From NCBI RefSeq assembly GCF_009914755.1, contig NC_060943.1: a DNA stretch of 64,000 nt; one strand, written 5' to 3'. The stretch comes from the human T2T-CHM13v2.0 reference genome, Homo sapiens. Both the position numbers and the translations under genes were made by a program. The notes under the pieces are model-generated. The model ran no database searches, was not told where the DNA came from, and saw only the letters and a program-made list of their open reading frames with translations. Shown piece by piece: positions 1 through 47,014 of the stretch. Position 1 is the first letter of the stretch. Each line of letters starts with the position of its first letter.

Positions 1-244
1 CTACACACCCTCCCTGGGAGACCACACCCCAGTGTGCCGGCCACCCCCAGGTCTCAGGCCCCAGGTCTCTCTCCTAAGGACGAGGCCTCATGGAGCCCAG
101 ACTCACTGTACCTCAGCTAATTTACAGCTCCTCCCTCCTCCTGCCCCCTCCATCCACGTCCACACAGCAACAGCCGTCCCCACCCTCCCTCTCCTCAATG
201 CCCTCCCTGCCCAGGGCGCCCACCACACCCCTGCCCGGCAGTCA

Positions 245-26583
<26,339 letters not shown>

Positions 26584-26717
26584 GGCGTGTCCCCTGGAGG
26601 CTGCGGAGAGGAAGCAGAGTCAGCCCTAGATGAGCCCCCCACCCTAGCCATGGGGGACCCAACACAACGAGGAGGGCAGGGTGGTTGCCAAATGGGGCAG
26701 CCCCGGGGCCTCTGGGA

Positions 26718-27427
26718 GCCCAAGGAGGCATCCAGCCCCAACCGGGAAGCGGTGAACAGTCAGAGGAGGCTTCCTGGAGGAGGTGTGATGTTAGAGAAGG
26801 GTCTTGGGGCTGAGGGTGCACAGCCAAGGCAAGACGGGAGTGGGAAGTGGAAGGGAGGGGAGAGAGGGCCAGGTGGGGCCAGGTGGGGCCAGGCGTTGCA
26901 GGAGTGGGCATAGCAGTGTCATGCAGCTTTTGCTCATTCGTCAAGGACAATGAAGAGCCCTTGAAAAGCTTTGAGTGGGAGGAGCAAGGTCAGAAATGCA
27001 TGTTAGGTGGTGTGGGGAAGGGCAGCAGGGTCCCGGGGGGGAAACAGGGTGTCAGAAGGCTGGGGGCTGTCCAGATGGGAGAGAGAGGAGAGGAATGGGA
27101 GGCTCATGTCGTGGGAGGTGGAGGGCATTGAGGAGATTCCCAAAGTTCTAGCTGGGACGGTGGAGCCCAGAGAGCGTCCAGGGTAGGAGGAAGATGGTAA
27201 GTCGTGGAAGGCAACAACCCCACTGTCCCTCTGTGACACAGATACCCCCACTCCTGCAATGCCTGGCCCCACCTGGCCCTGTGTCCCCTCGCCTCCACAT
27301 CCCACGCCGGTCTTGCCTGGGCTGTGCACCCTTAGCCGCAAGACCCTTTTCTAACATCACACCTCCTCCAGGAAGCCTCCTCTGACTGTTCACTGCTCCC
27401 AGGTCAGGGCTGGATGCCTCCCTGGGC
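26718..27427. repeat. Inverted repeat with ~200-bp arms (26718-26921 and 27234-27427) and a ~310-bp spacer; L2-like sequence
   Basis: Manual reverse-complement alignment; the same peptide AVNSQRRLPGGGVMLEKGL appears in + and - ORFs. Confidence 0.92.
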
Positions 27428-28149
27428 AGGGGGCCCAGGCAGGGGCTGGAACTTCCCAATGCAGAGAGTAACCCTGTGCCCAGCAGGGAAGGGACCGCTT
27501 CTGTGCCCATTTCACAGATGCACAAACTAAGGCCATCACACCATGAGTGAGGGGCTAAGCCGGAGCTTAAGCCCACGAAGAGAAGAAGGAGGGGAAGAAG
27601 ATCAGGAACGGAACTCGCTCCTGCCCCCCTTGGCTGGGTCTTTCCTGGGCCATGAAGGACGGGAGGGAGAAGACCGGGACAGGAGACGACCGTTTGGAGG
27701 GTGGAGGCAAAATACTTGAGGGAGAGAAGCCAGACCAAGTGGCCTTCCTGTTCCATTCAGGTTCCAGGGAGGAAAGGAACCGGCCCTAGGTGGAGAATGG
27801 GCGGGGAGCCCTGCTGTGTGGTCTTGGCCACGCCCCTCTCTGGGCCAACCTGGTTGTCCAAAGGCCCCGGAGAAGGGAGAGACCCCTGTCAACGTTGGAG
27901 GGTTGGCTGGCTGGAGAGGGGCGCCCTCTTTTTCTTCTCAGTTGTCCGGGTCAGTCCGCACTCTGAGGCTCCGTGGACTCCAAGCAGCCTCGGGGCTTGC
28001 AAGCCCTCCTCCCCCACTCCCTCCGCCCCAGCCCCCTGCCTCGGGTCGGGTGGGGGAATTAGGTGGGGGGAGTCTCTGGCCTGATTTGCCTCGGTCCCCC
28101 CTACACACCGCTGCTTCTGCGAGCCACACCCTGGAGTTTGTGGAATGAA

Positions 28150-28950
28150 TGAGCAGAGAAGGCGCGCCCGGCACGGGGTGTGGAGGCTGAGGGCCAAACA
28201 GCGAGGGATACCAAGCTTCGCCGACGGGGAGGGGGCGCCCCCGGAGCCCGCGGGGCGCGATCTCCACCCGGCAGGGCCCCCGGCCGCGACCACGCTTGGC
28301 TCCGCCCTCACCTGTGGGGTCAGGGGCCCCGCGCCCCGGCCGAGCCCCTCCCGCCGGGTCCCCGCGCCCCCACTCCCCACTGCGGCGGGCGCCACTAGAA
28401 GGCGGAGAGGGGAGGGGGCTGGGCCCGGGGCTGCCCGGCTGCGAACAAAGGAATCCTCTCCCCCTCCCCCTGCCGGCCCCCCCGCCCCCGCCTTCTCCAC
28501 CCTTCAGCGCCCGCGATCTCGCCCCGCCGCTGGCCCCGCGCCTTCACCTACCTGCGAGGCGGCGCGCGTGGAGGCGGGCACGGCAGGCGGACGCGCGGGA
28601 CTCAGCGCTGCAGGGCGGGCTCCTGCGGCGCCGGGGACCCGGGGCGGGAACGCAAAGCCGAGAGGCCGACCCCGCCGCGTTCCCAGCCCAGAGCTGCCAC
28701 TCGGGGGGGAGTTGGGGGCGGGAGGAGTTGGAGGAGGGCGCGTTTGCACCTCTTAGCTCCCGGGGCGGGGACGGGGGGCTCCGATCCGGGGCGGGGAGAG
28801 AGGCTGCGGCTCGGGGGAGGGTCCGGGGCTCCGAGTGAAAAACTCCGATGGACTGGAGGGATGTGAGGGCGGGCTGGGGGCGCCTAGTAGGGGCTGCCGG
28901 GGCCGCGTTTTCGGATCGAGACTAAGGTGGAGGTGGGGCTCTGACTTTTG
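28150..28950. promoter_or_regulatory. FBN3: CpG island / FBN3 promoter with GC boxes and G-run clusters
   Basis: Very high GC and CpG density; repeated GGGGCGGGG at ~28760-28800; lies ~1.6-2.3 kb upstream of the first coding exon. Confidence 0.88.
28552..28700 (-). other. FBN3: Probable non-coding first exon of FBN3 (5' end approximate)
   Basis: Donor CAG|gtaggt at 28552/28551 inside the CpG island, downstream of the GC boxes. Confidence 0.6.
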
Positions 28951-29466
28951 GAGGGCCTGGACGACAGCCTGGGCAGAGAAGTCCCGGGACTCACCTGGGC
29001 GGCCCTCTCAGGGCCTCCCAAGCCGCCACCCCCTCCCTCGAGCAAGGAGAATTGCGAGAGTGACGTTGGAAACTCACCTGGCTCTTGGAGCCTGGATTCT
29101 TAACTAGGCTGAGATCAGGGGCCCCTAAATATGTTGACAAAACATTGGGCAAAGCTGTATTTCCCAGGGAGAAGGGCCCAGGTTTTTCATCTGGTTCTCA
29201 AAATGAAGAGGTTAACAATTCAAACGGTGTAAACTTTCAAATCTCTTTGAACCTGTTTCTCCACCTACCAAAGGGACCAGACAAGAATTTTGGCTCCCTA
29301 TCTGTTGTCAGTACTCCAAACAAAAATTTCTAGGCTTTTCCACTACCTTCATACCTTTGAGAATAGACCCTTAACATGGGGATCTGTCAGAAGCTGTGCG
29401 TTGGGCCTGAAGCTGTTACTCCATCCAGCAAACTCCTACGCATCTGTCAAAGTCCAGTTCAAAAAT

Positions 29467-30122
<656 letters not shown>

Positions 30123-31569
30123 TAGTAGAGACGGGGATTCACCATGTTGGCCAGGCTGGTCTCGAACTCCTAACATCGTGATCCACCTGCCTCGGCCTCC
30201 CAAAGTGCTGAGATTACAGGCGTGAGCCACCGAGTCTGGCCCAGAAGGGGATTTTTGAAGTAGGTTTTGACAGTTGCATAGGAGTTTGCTGGAGGAAACA
30301 GAACAGGCAAAGGCCTGGAGAAGGAGAGAACTTAGAACAAACATGCCTGGATGGAGTGAGGTTGGAACTTTAGGAGAGAGGAGAAGGGGAGGGAGCAAGA
30401 GGAAAGCAGGAAACATAAGAAGAGGCTAGAAGCACCGAGGAGCCCTCAGCAGGCTCCCCCCCCACCTCTGAGGGGAGACACGGTGGACTCACAGAAAGGG
30501 GAGGTTCTCCCAAGGCTCCACTTCCAGGTCTTAGACTGTGTCCGGGGAGCATTGAGGGCCCCAGGGCTGGGCTCGGGGAGCATGGGACAGACGCCGACTT
30601 CAGGGACAAGATCCAGTCATCCTGGCCAAGGGAGGGGCCCGTGGACCCTGTGAGAAGGGTCAGGTGGGGTGCTGGGGCATGGGGAGGGTGGACTGGGGAG
30701 GGAACCCCAGGATGGAGGTGGCCCAGCAGAGACAGGGGGGTGGGGTTCCTGTTGGAGGGTGGGCCCAGGGGCTATTGTGGACAAACCAGTTTCCCCGGCC
30801 ACCTTGGACACCTCTTTCCAGGCTCCTCTGCCAAGGTCCACCCAGATTTGTTCTGCAACAAATGAATCTTACATGGGCACGGGGACAAGCACCGGGTGCC
30901 CTAGAAGCAGCCCAGCATAGGTGCAAAAGGTGGGGAGAGATTGTCCCATCCCAGGGACACTGCACAGCCACTGTTGCCATGGCTAAGTCTGGAGGAGGGC
31001 TTTCCTGGAAGAACTGTGGGCCAGGGAGCGACTCAGTCCTAGAAGTCTCCCTACCTGCCCTCCAGAAGAGAGGGGAGAAGGAAGCCGGAGGGTGTGGCAA
31101 GACCAGGATGTGGAGCTGTTGGAAGTCACCGCAACTGAAGTGCTCGAAAACGGCAGATAGTGGGCATTGGTTGTTCACAGCCCCCAACCCAAGCTACTGT
31201 CCACACCGCGTGCTGTAGTTTCAGACTTCCCATGGTGCCACCCTGGTCTGTTATGTTATTGCCAGTTATTGATGTGGTATCACAGACAGTGTCACCCCCC
31301 ACTGTACCCTTATTACATCACACTGTTAAGAAGGGACATTTAGGCTGGGCATGGTGGCTCACGCCTGTAATCCCAACGCTTTGGGAGGCCGAGTTGGGCA
31401 TATCACGAGGTCAGGAGATCAAGACCATCCTGGCTAACACAGTGAAACCCCATCTCTACTAAAAATATAAAAAATTGCTGGGCGCGGTGGGTCACACCTG
31501 TAATCCCAGCACTTTGGGAGGCTGAGGCGGGCGGATCACGAGCTCAGGAGATCAAAACCATCCTGGCTA

Positions 31570-31965
<396 letters not shown>

Positions 31966-32172
31966 TTAGGCTTTAAATCCTACCGCATATCACAGTCCCC
32001 CCACCCAGGACTGTACAAAACACATGCATGGTCTCTCCGTCAAAACTGCATCATCAGCCAGGCGCTGTGCCTCACGCCTGTAATGTCAACACTTTGGGAA
32101 GCCAAGGTGGAGGATCCTTTGAGGCCAAGAGTTCAAGGCAAGCCTGGGCAACATAGCAAGACCCCATCTCTA

Positions 32173-32322
<150 letters not shown>

Positions 32323-32728
32323 TCATGAACCTGTCTCTAAATATGTATGTATATCATCATCATCACCATGTTCCTATTCTACAGTCACTTGTCCCTATGA
32401 CCCTGTCTCATTGTCACCTGTCCATGTGACACCCTGCTCTTTTCTGGTTGCTCCGCTACCTGGGACATGCATGTCTCCTGTCACCTTTACACCTTCACCT
32501 TTCTGCTGTGACACAGTCCCCGGCTCATGGTCATACCATTACCCAGAATGTCAGGGTTCTTAACATCACAATTCACTGGCATCAGCAACAACCGGGCTCA
32601 GCAGAAAGAGTGACCAAGCGTGGTGGTGCCGCAGCCAACCACATTCACACACATCACATGCAGATCGGGCCCCAGGAAGACACCATTCATTACCATCTGG
32701 CACCCTAAGCCCTGATGCTGCTCAGTGA

Positions 32729-33100
<372 letters not shown>

Positions 33101-33293
33101 TGATTCTCCTGTTTTAGCCTCCTGAGTAGCTGGGATTACAGGTGCCTGCCACCACGTCTGGCTAATTTTGTATTTTTAGTAGAGATGGGGTTTCACCACA
33201 TTGGCCAGTCTGGTCTTGAACTCCAGACCTCAGGTGATCCACCTGCCTCGGTCCCAAACTGTGGGGATTACAAGTGTGAGCCACCGCGCCTGA

Positions 33294-33521
<228 letters not shown>

Positions 33522-34730
33522 TAGTAGAGATGGGGTTTCACCATGTTGGTCAGGCTGGTCTCGAATTCCTGACCTCATGATATGTCCGCCTTGGCCTCCC
33601 AAAGTGCTGGGATTACAGGTGTGAGCCACTGCACCTGGCCCCTAGTGGGTTTTAAAATTACAGTGTCACCTGTTGCTGTCACCTGTTGCCTTCCCATCAT
33701 TCCCAGTTCCTGTGACGTTGTCACCTGTTGCTGTCACATTGTCACACTATTAATGTCCCCCAGAACTGTCCCCCCCCCGCTGCTGCCACTGTCATCCCGT
33801 TAAGGTCACTGTGAGTCACGCCAGCCCCACCCTCCGTTTGACTTTCTGAGCAGCCATGGAGCCCCCCCTCATAGGCGGGACTTGACTGTGTGCACCCAGA
33901 GCCAGCAGACCCCAGATGTTCATTAGCATGAGCTCGAGGAAGGCATGGAGACAGGAGTGGGCAGGGTGTGCCCAGGAGCACAGGGTCAAGGCTGGGGACA
34001 AGGAGATGGGAGGAGGGACGGGGAGATGCCTGCAGTCTATGGTGTGTGGGGTGCGCTGGGCCAGCCTAGGCCAGGGTGGCTTGGGGACAGAGCCCTCTTT
34101 GTATAAGCACAGGAAGCAGCTGGGAGTCAAAGCATTGCATACAACGCCAGGAGTTTGGCCACGTGCCCAGGAATGAGGCTTGGAGCGGGGAGGGAAGCCG
34201 CAGAGGACCCAGGAAAGCTCTGAGGAAGAGATCAAGCTGGATCCTCACAAGAGACCCTGAAGACAGGCTCTGATATCATCCCATTACACAGATGAGGAAA
34301 CTGAGGCACAGAGCCACCACATCGCCCACTGGGACCCCACCACCAGGAAAGAATACAGGCAAATCTGAACCCAGGCCACAAAGCTGGAACCTTCCCCGTG
34401 GCCTTGGGCCCCCAGCCACACCCTCACCCCATTGCCTTGATGTTCTAGCCGGGGGACCTGTCTAGGGTCCATATACAATATATTATTTCTCTTTCTAATA
34501 AACACACATGTTTGCACCTTTATACATTGTTCTGTATTTGCCCTATTTCCTCTTTGTAAAAATAATTAAAAACAAACAAACAAACAAAAAAACAGGGTCT
34601 CCCTCTGTCACCCAGGCTAAAGTGCAGTGGGGAAGATAACAGCTCACTGCAGCCTCGAATTGGGCTTAAGCAATCCTCCCACCTCAGCCTCCAGAGTAGG
34701 TAGGACTACAGGCACATACCACCTGTCTAA

Positions 34731-35128
<398 letters not shown>

Positions 35129-35901
35129 TGATCTGCCCGCCTCCGCCTCCCAAAGTGCTGGGATTACAGGCGTGAGCCACGGTGCCTGGCCTCTTTCTCT
35201 TTCTAATAAACACAAATGTTAGCACCTTTGTATCTTGTTCTGTATTTGCTTTTTCTCATCTTTGTAAAAAAAATATATTTTTTTCTTGCAAACTAAATCA
35301 ATCCCTCTCAATTACCATCTTCTTTTTACTGTTTTCTTTTACTGAGATCAATTTCACACAACATAGCACTTACTATGTTCAAGTGTACAATTCAGTAGCG
35401 TTCAGTACACGCAGTATGTGCAGCCACCCCCTCTATCTAGTTCCAAAACGTACTCATCACCCCAGAATGAAATCCTGTCCCCATTAGCAGTTGCTCCCCA
35501 TTCCCCATACCCCAGTCCCTGGCAAACACTAATCCACTTTCTATTCTCTGTGGATTTGCCTGTTCCGGACATTGCACGTATTTATTTTATTTTATTTTAT
35601 TTTATTTTATTTTATTTTATTTTGAGATGAAGTCTCCCTCTGTCACCCAGGCTGGAGTGCGGTAGTATGATCTTGGCTTACTGCAACCTCCACCTCCCAG
35701 GTTCGAATGTTTCCCTGCCTCAGCCTCCCGAGTAGCAGGGATTACAGGTGCACACGGCACCGCGTCTGGCTATTTTTTTTTTTTTTTTGGTAATTTTAGT
35801 AGAAACGGGGTTTCATCATGTTAGCCAGGCTGGTCTTGAACTCTTGGCCTCAAGTGATCCATCTGCCTTGACCTCCCAAAGTGCTGCGATTACAGGCATG
35901 A

Positions 35902-36222
<321 letters not shown>

Positions 36223-36974
36223 TGATCTGCCTGCCTCGGTCTCCGAAAGTGCTGGGATCACAGGCGTGAGCCACCACGCCCAGCCTCTTTTAACTTCTTA
36301 TTACATCTTGGCAATATTTCCATGTCGAGCCGGGAGCGGGGGATCACACCTGTAATCCCAGCACTTTGGGAGGCCAAGGCAGGCAGATCCCTTGAGCGCA
36401 AGAGTTAGAGACCAGCTGGGGCAACATGGCAAGCTCCGTCTCTACAAACAACACAAAGATTAGCCAGGCCTGGTGGCATGAGTCTGTAGTCCCAGCTACT
36501 CAGGAGACTGAGATGAGATCACTTGAGCCCCAGATGTCTGGGAGCCCCAGATGTCACTGTAGAGGCTACAGTGATCCGAGATCACATCACTGCACTCCGG
36601 ACTGGGAGACAGAGCAAGATCCTTTCAAATAAAAAGAAAGACAGAGAGATAGAGAAAGAGAGAGAAGAAAAAGGAAGAAAGAGGAGAGGAGAGAAGATGC
36701 GCAGTGGCTCACGTCTGTAATCCCAGCACTTTGGGAGGCTGAGGCAGGTGGATCATGAGGTCAGGAGTTCAAGACCAGCCTGGCCAAGATGGTGAAACCC
36801 CATCTCTACTAAAAATACAAAAAAAATTAGCCAGGCGTGGTGGTGGGCACCTGTAATCCCAGTTACTTGGGAGGCTGAAGAAGAGAATTGCTTGAACCCG
36901 GGAGGCGGAGGTTGCAGTGAGCAGAGATCATGCCACTGCACTCCAGCCTGGGCGACAGAGTGAGACTCTGTCAA

Positions 36975-37110
36975 AAGAATGGAGAAAGAGAGAGAGAGAG
37001 AGGAGAAAGAGAGGAAGGAAGGAAGGAAGGAAGGAAGGAAGGAAGGAAGGAAGGAAGGAAGGAAGGAAAGAAGGGAGGGAGGGAGGGAGGGAGGGAAAGA
37101 AAGCAAGAGA
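36975..37110 (+). repeat. (GGAA)n/(GGGA)n purine microsatellite
   Basis: Read directly. Confidence 0.9.
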
Positions 37111-37744
37111 GGCCGGGATGCAGTGGCTCAAGCCTGTAATCCCAGCATTTTGAGATGCCAAGGTGGGCTTTGAGGTCAGACTTCAACTGGATTAGGATTA
37201 GCCCTGCTGGGAGAAGAGAGGACTCTGGCACCCACTGCCAGTTCTGCCATCTGCACCCATTTATCTGGGGCCCCAATGCCCGCCCAGCCTCTCTCCCTCT
37301 GGTCTCATCCTTGCGGGCTAAGGGTGCACTTGCAGCTTTCCACTCTGCCCTCTGAAACCTTAAGGGTGCCATTAGTTAAGTCAGACAAGAAGACTGACAC
37401 TCAAAAATAAAGTTGGTTAAGTGCAAATTGTCAGACCCAGAAACCTGAATATCACTGATCTTCAGAAAACGCACATGTGCCAGGGCCTTCATTGGCACTC
37501 AATAAACGCTGAATCGATGGATCAGTAAATGAATGAATGGTGAGCAAATCTGATATGACCGGAAGGAAGGAGTGGAAGTTGCTTGTGGAGAGACGAGCAG
37601 GACTCAGATCGAAAGGAGTCTTGAAAACCAGGAGCGTGGACATGACCTGGTGGCAGCAGGGAGCCACGGTGGGTTCTAGGCAGGGAGCGACGCCATCTGA
37701 TTTACCTTTGAGGACCTCATTGCCAAGAGGAAGTTAATCAAATC

Positions 37745-37761
37745 TGTCACTAGGGGGCACT
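37745..37761 (+). promoter_or_regulatory. Candidate CTCF site
   Basis: tgtCACTAGGGGGCAct closely matches the CTCF core CCACYAGRGGGCR. Confidence 0.5.
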
Positions 37762-38028
37762 CAAGTCTTCCCATAGATTGTTAGGTGGCCACTGGTCACA
37801 GGGAGCTTTTGAGCATTTGAACCAGTTCTATGGAGATATAAGTGTGAAATCCACACGGAATCGCAAGCACTTCATACAAGAGAAAGAATGTAAGATGCCT
37901 CAAATAGCAATGACAGGGGTGAAATGCTGATATTTTGGGTACACTGGACTAAGTAAATTATATTATTAAAATTTCATCTGTTTCTTTTTACTTTTTAAAA
38001 TGTGGGTTCTAGGCCACTCGGTGGCTTA

Positions 38029-38358
<330 letters not shown>

Positions 38359-38376
38359 CTATGTCGGTTGCATTAG

Positions 38377-38670
<294 letters not shown>

Positions 38671-39278
38671 TGAGCCTGACCTTGCATTTATATTTCTATT
38701 GGACAGCATTGATTTAGAAAAAGAAGTTACTATTTTTTTCAACAGTCATCAGGGGTTGAACTACCCTCTCTTTTTCTCTTATTTCCTCTTACTTTGGTCA
38801 TTCTTCAAGTTAACAATCTACCAGGTTGTTCTCTTTGTTCATTAAACGAAGGTAGATATTCATAAATACATAGACCAAAAAGAGAGGATGGGGTCATTGT
38901 TTCATAAATATGGAATCATATTGAACATACTTTTTTATTCACAGGACTTTCTGGAAACTTCTTAGACCACCTACTAAAATCTGAATTCATTCTTTTTAAT
39001 TGCTTGATAATCATCTATGGTGTGGATGAACCTTCATTTATTCAACCGCATCCCCACTGATGAGTTTTCACTTGGTTAACAGGTTTTATTCCCCACCACT
39101 ACCAAAAAGTAAGCAAAAAATGCTGCAACAAGAATTTTTTGGCTGGGTGCAGTGGCTCTCACCTGTAATCCCAGCACTTTCGGAGGCCAAAGGCAGGAGG
39201 ATCGCTTCAGACCAGTTCAAGACTAGCCTGGACAATGTAATGAGACTCCTGTCTTTACAAAAAAATTTTTAAAAACTA

Positions 39279-39419
<141 letters not shown>

Positions 39420-39496
39420 CTACAAAAATTAATTTTTATACCTATGCCCATACGTGCTGACGATTTTCTTTCCAAGGGAAAGATTTCTAGCAATGA

Positions 39497-39742
<246 letters not shown>

Positions 39743-39949
39743 TAGCTGGGACTACAGGCGCGTGGCACCACGCCCAGCTAATTTTTGTATTTTTAGTGGA
39801 GACTGGGTTTCATCATGTTGGCCAAGATGATCTTGCTCTCTTGACCTCGTGATCTGCCTGCCTCAGCCTCCCAAAGTGCTGGGATTACAGGCGTGAGCCA
39901 CCGTGCCCGGCCTATATTTTTAATTTTAATAGATGTTGCCAGGTTGTAG

Positions 39950-41690
<1,741 letters not shown>

Positions 41691-41901
41691 CAGGTGCAGT
41701 GGCTCACGCCTGTAATCCCAGCACTTTTGGGGGCTGAAACAGGAGAATTGCTTGAGCCCAAGAGTTCGAGACCGGCCTTGAACAAGTGAGAACCCCTCTC
41801 TACAAAAAATTTTAAAACTTTTTAAAAATCTAAAAACAAAACAAAACAAAAATGAACACAGACCAGGCACAGTGGCTCACACCTGTAATCCCAGCACTTT
41901 A

Positions 41902-42255
<354 letters not shown>

Positions 42256-42285
42256 TTATTATTATCATAATTATTATTATTTTGA

Positions 42286-42501
<216 letters not shown>

Positions 42502-42629
42502 TGATCCACCCGCCTCGGCCTCCCAAAGTGCTGGGATTACAGGTGTGAGCCACAGCACCCGGCTAGTGCTATTATTTAATAGGTACAGATTTCCCGTTTG
42601 GAAAAAGTTCTGGAGATGAATGGTGAAGA

Positions 42630-43178
42630 TATTATGGGAAAGGGCTCCCAGTTCAGACTCCAAGAGAGGGTTCTTAGATCTCGCACAAGAAAGAATTCAG
42701 GACAAGTCCATAAAGTGAAAGCAAGTTTATTAGAAAAGTAAAGGAATAAAAGAATGGCTATTCCATAGACAGAGCAGCCCCGAGGCCTGCTGGTTGCCCA
42801 TTTTTATGGTTATTTCTTGATGATATGCTAAACAAGGGGTGGATTATTCATGCCTCCCCTTTTTAGAGCATAGAGGGTAGCTTCCTGATGCTGCCACGGC
42901 ATCTGTAAACCGTCATGGCACTGGTGAGAGTGCAGCAGTGAGGACAACCAGAGGTCACTCATGTCGTCATCTTGGTCTTGGTGGGTTTCAGCTGGCTTCT
43001 TTATTGCAATCTGTTTTATCAGCAAGGTCTTTATAACCTGTATCTTGTGCTGACCTCCTGTCTCATCCTGTGACTTAGAATGACTTAACCACCTGGGAAT
43101 TCAGCCCAGTAGGTCTCAGGCTGATTTTACCCAGCCCTTATTCAAGACGGAGTCGCTCTGGTTTACATACTTCTGACA
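42630..43178 (-). mobile_element. MER41 solo LTR, MER41A-like
   Basis: Reverse complement begins tgtcagaag...aaccagagcgactccgtcttgaataagggctgggtaaaat; ~550 bp; lacks the GAS-bearing segment. Confidence 0.82.
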
Positions 43179-43241
43179 GTGATGGTTGCAAAACAACGCG
43201 AATGTACTTAATACCACTGAGTTGCATACTTAAAAATGGTT

Positions 43242-44445
<1,204 letters not shown>

Positions 44446-44600
44446 GGTTAAAATGGTAAATTGTGGCTGGGCGCGGTGGCTCATGCCTATAATCCCAGCA
44501 CTTTGGGAGGCCAAGGCGGTCGGATGACTTGAGGTCAGGAATTCGAGACTACCCTTGCCAACATGGCCAAACACCATCTCTACCAAAAATACAAAAATTA

Positions 44601-44795
<195 letters not shown>

Positions 44796-44904
44796 TTATA
44801 CCATGCAAACAAACACAAAGAATTGTAGACCTATATGTCAAATACAAAGCTATAGGTGATGGTGCAAGAGGAAGGTGGAGAATGGAAGGGAGAGAAAACA
44901 AAAA

Positions 44905-45075
44905 TAAGGAAGGAAGGAAGGAAGGAAAGAAGGAAGGAAGAAAGGGAGAAAGGAAGGGAGGAAGGGAGGAAGAGAGGGAAGGAGGGAGGGAGGGAGGGGG
45001 AGGGGGAGGAGGGGAGGGGGAGAGGGAAGGAGGGAGGAGGGAGGAGGAGGGAGGAGGAAGGGAAGGAGAAAAAAC
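44905..45075 (+). repeat. GA-rich low-complexity purine tract
   Basis: Read directly. Confidence 0.88.
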
Positions 45076-45115
45076 TCTACAAAACTCTACAACTTCTAGA
45101 AGAAAATCTAGGTGA

Positions 45116-45211
<96 letters not shown>

Positions 45212-45213
45212 TA

Positions 45214-45579
<366 letters not shown>

Positions 45580-45618
45580 TAGCTGGGATTATAGGCACCC
45601 ACCACCATGCCCAGCTAA

Positions 45619-45756
<138 letters not shown>

Positions 45757-45861
45757 TAGATTTTCTAATACGATTTTTATTCTTTATATATATTTTGTAT
45801 TTTATATGTGTATCTATATGTGTTTAGAGATGGGGTCTTGCTGTTTTGTTTTTTTTTTTGA

Positions 45862-45966
<105 letters not shown>

Positions 45967-46085
45967 TGAGTAGCTAGGATTACAGGCCTGCGCCAACACG
46001 CCTGGCTAATTTTGCATTTTTTAGTAGAGATGGGGTTTCTCCATGTTGGTCAGGCTGGTCTTGAACTCCTGACCTCAGGTGATAA

Positions 46086-46301
<216 letters not shown>

Positions 46302-47014
46302 TAGAGACAAGGCCTCACTATGTTGCCCAGGCTGGTCTCGAACTCCTGGGCTCAAGCAATCCTCCCACCTTAGCCTCCTGGGGACCTGGCATGCAATCAC
46401 AGATGTGTGCCAGTGTGTCTTGGCACAGGATTCACTTGCTTTCCAGCAAATTGCAACAGGAGGTCACAGAGCAACAGAACCGAGATCTGATCCAAGTGTC
46501 TGTGGAGGGTGCAGCTGCCAGACCCTGTGGCGAGGTCAAATGTGCAGGTGGGTGGCTAACTTGGGTTCTGTCCCTTAGCCGTAGTAACACATGAAGGGGG
46601 AAACCCCTTTCCCTTGCTGCTTGGCCAGCTCTCTGGGGACACAGGAGCCAGGTAGGGCAGGGGAACAGACCCTAGGGAAAGCAAGGTGAAAGGGAAAAGC
46701 CTGGACTAGTGCACACACCTGTAAGTCCCAGCCACTAGGGAGGCTGAGGTGGGAGGATTGCTTGAGCCCAGGAGTTCAAGCCTGCATTGAGCTATGGTTG
46801 CACCACTGCACTGCAGCCTGGGCACAGAGTGAGACCCTGACCCAAATAATAATACATAAAAATACAGAAAGAGAAAGAAATGACAGCATGTGGAAGAGCC
46901 TACAGAGAAGAGAAACAATAAAGTGCTTCCTAGTTTGGGGGTCGTCAGACGACGGGGCCCCACAGGAGGGGACTGGTCTTTCTGTGAGGTTCACTTGAGG
47001 CCAGGAGTTTCTCT

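Noticed and set aside
26594-26603. Second AG acceptor 7 nt downstream of the first coding exon's acceptor
   Set aside because: Both acceptors lie upstream of the ATG, so the protein would be unchanged; low significance
27889-28838. Several 100-200 aa Pro/Gly/Ala/Arg-rich ORFs on both strands
   Set aside because: Expected stop-codon depletion in a CpG island
42630-43178. MER41 as an interferon-gamma/STAT1-inducible enhancer
   Set aside because: This copy lacks the tandem GAS-containing segment of MER41B (reads aggggaggcatgaataatcc directly), consistent with MER41A
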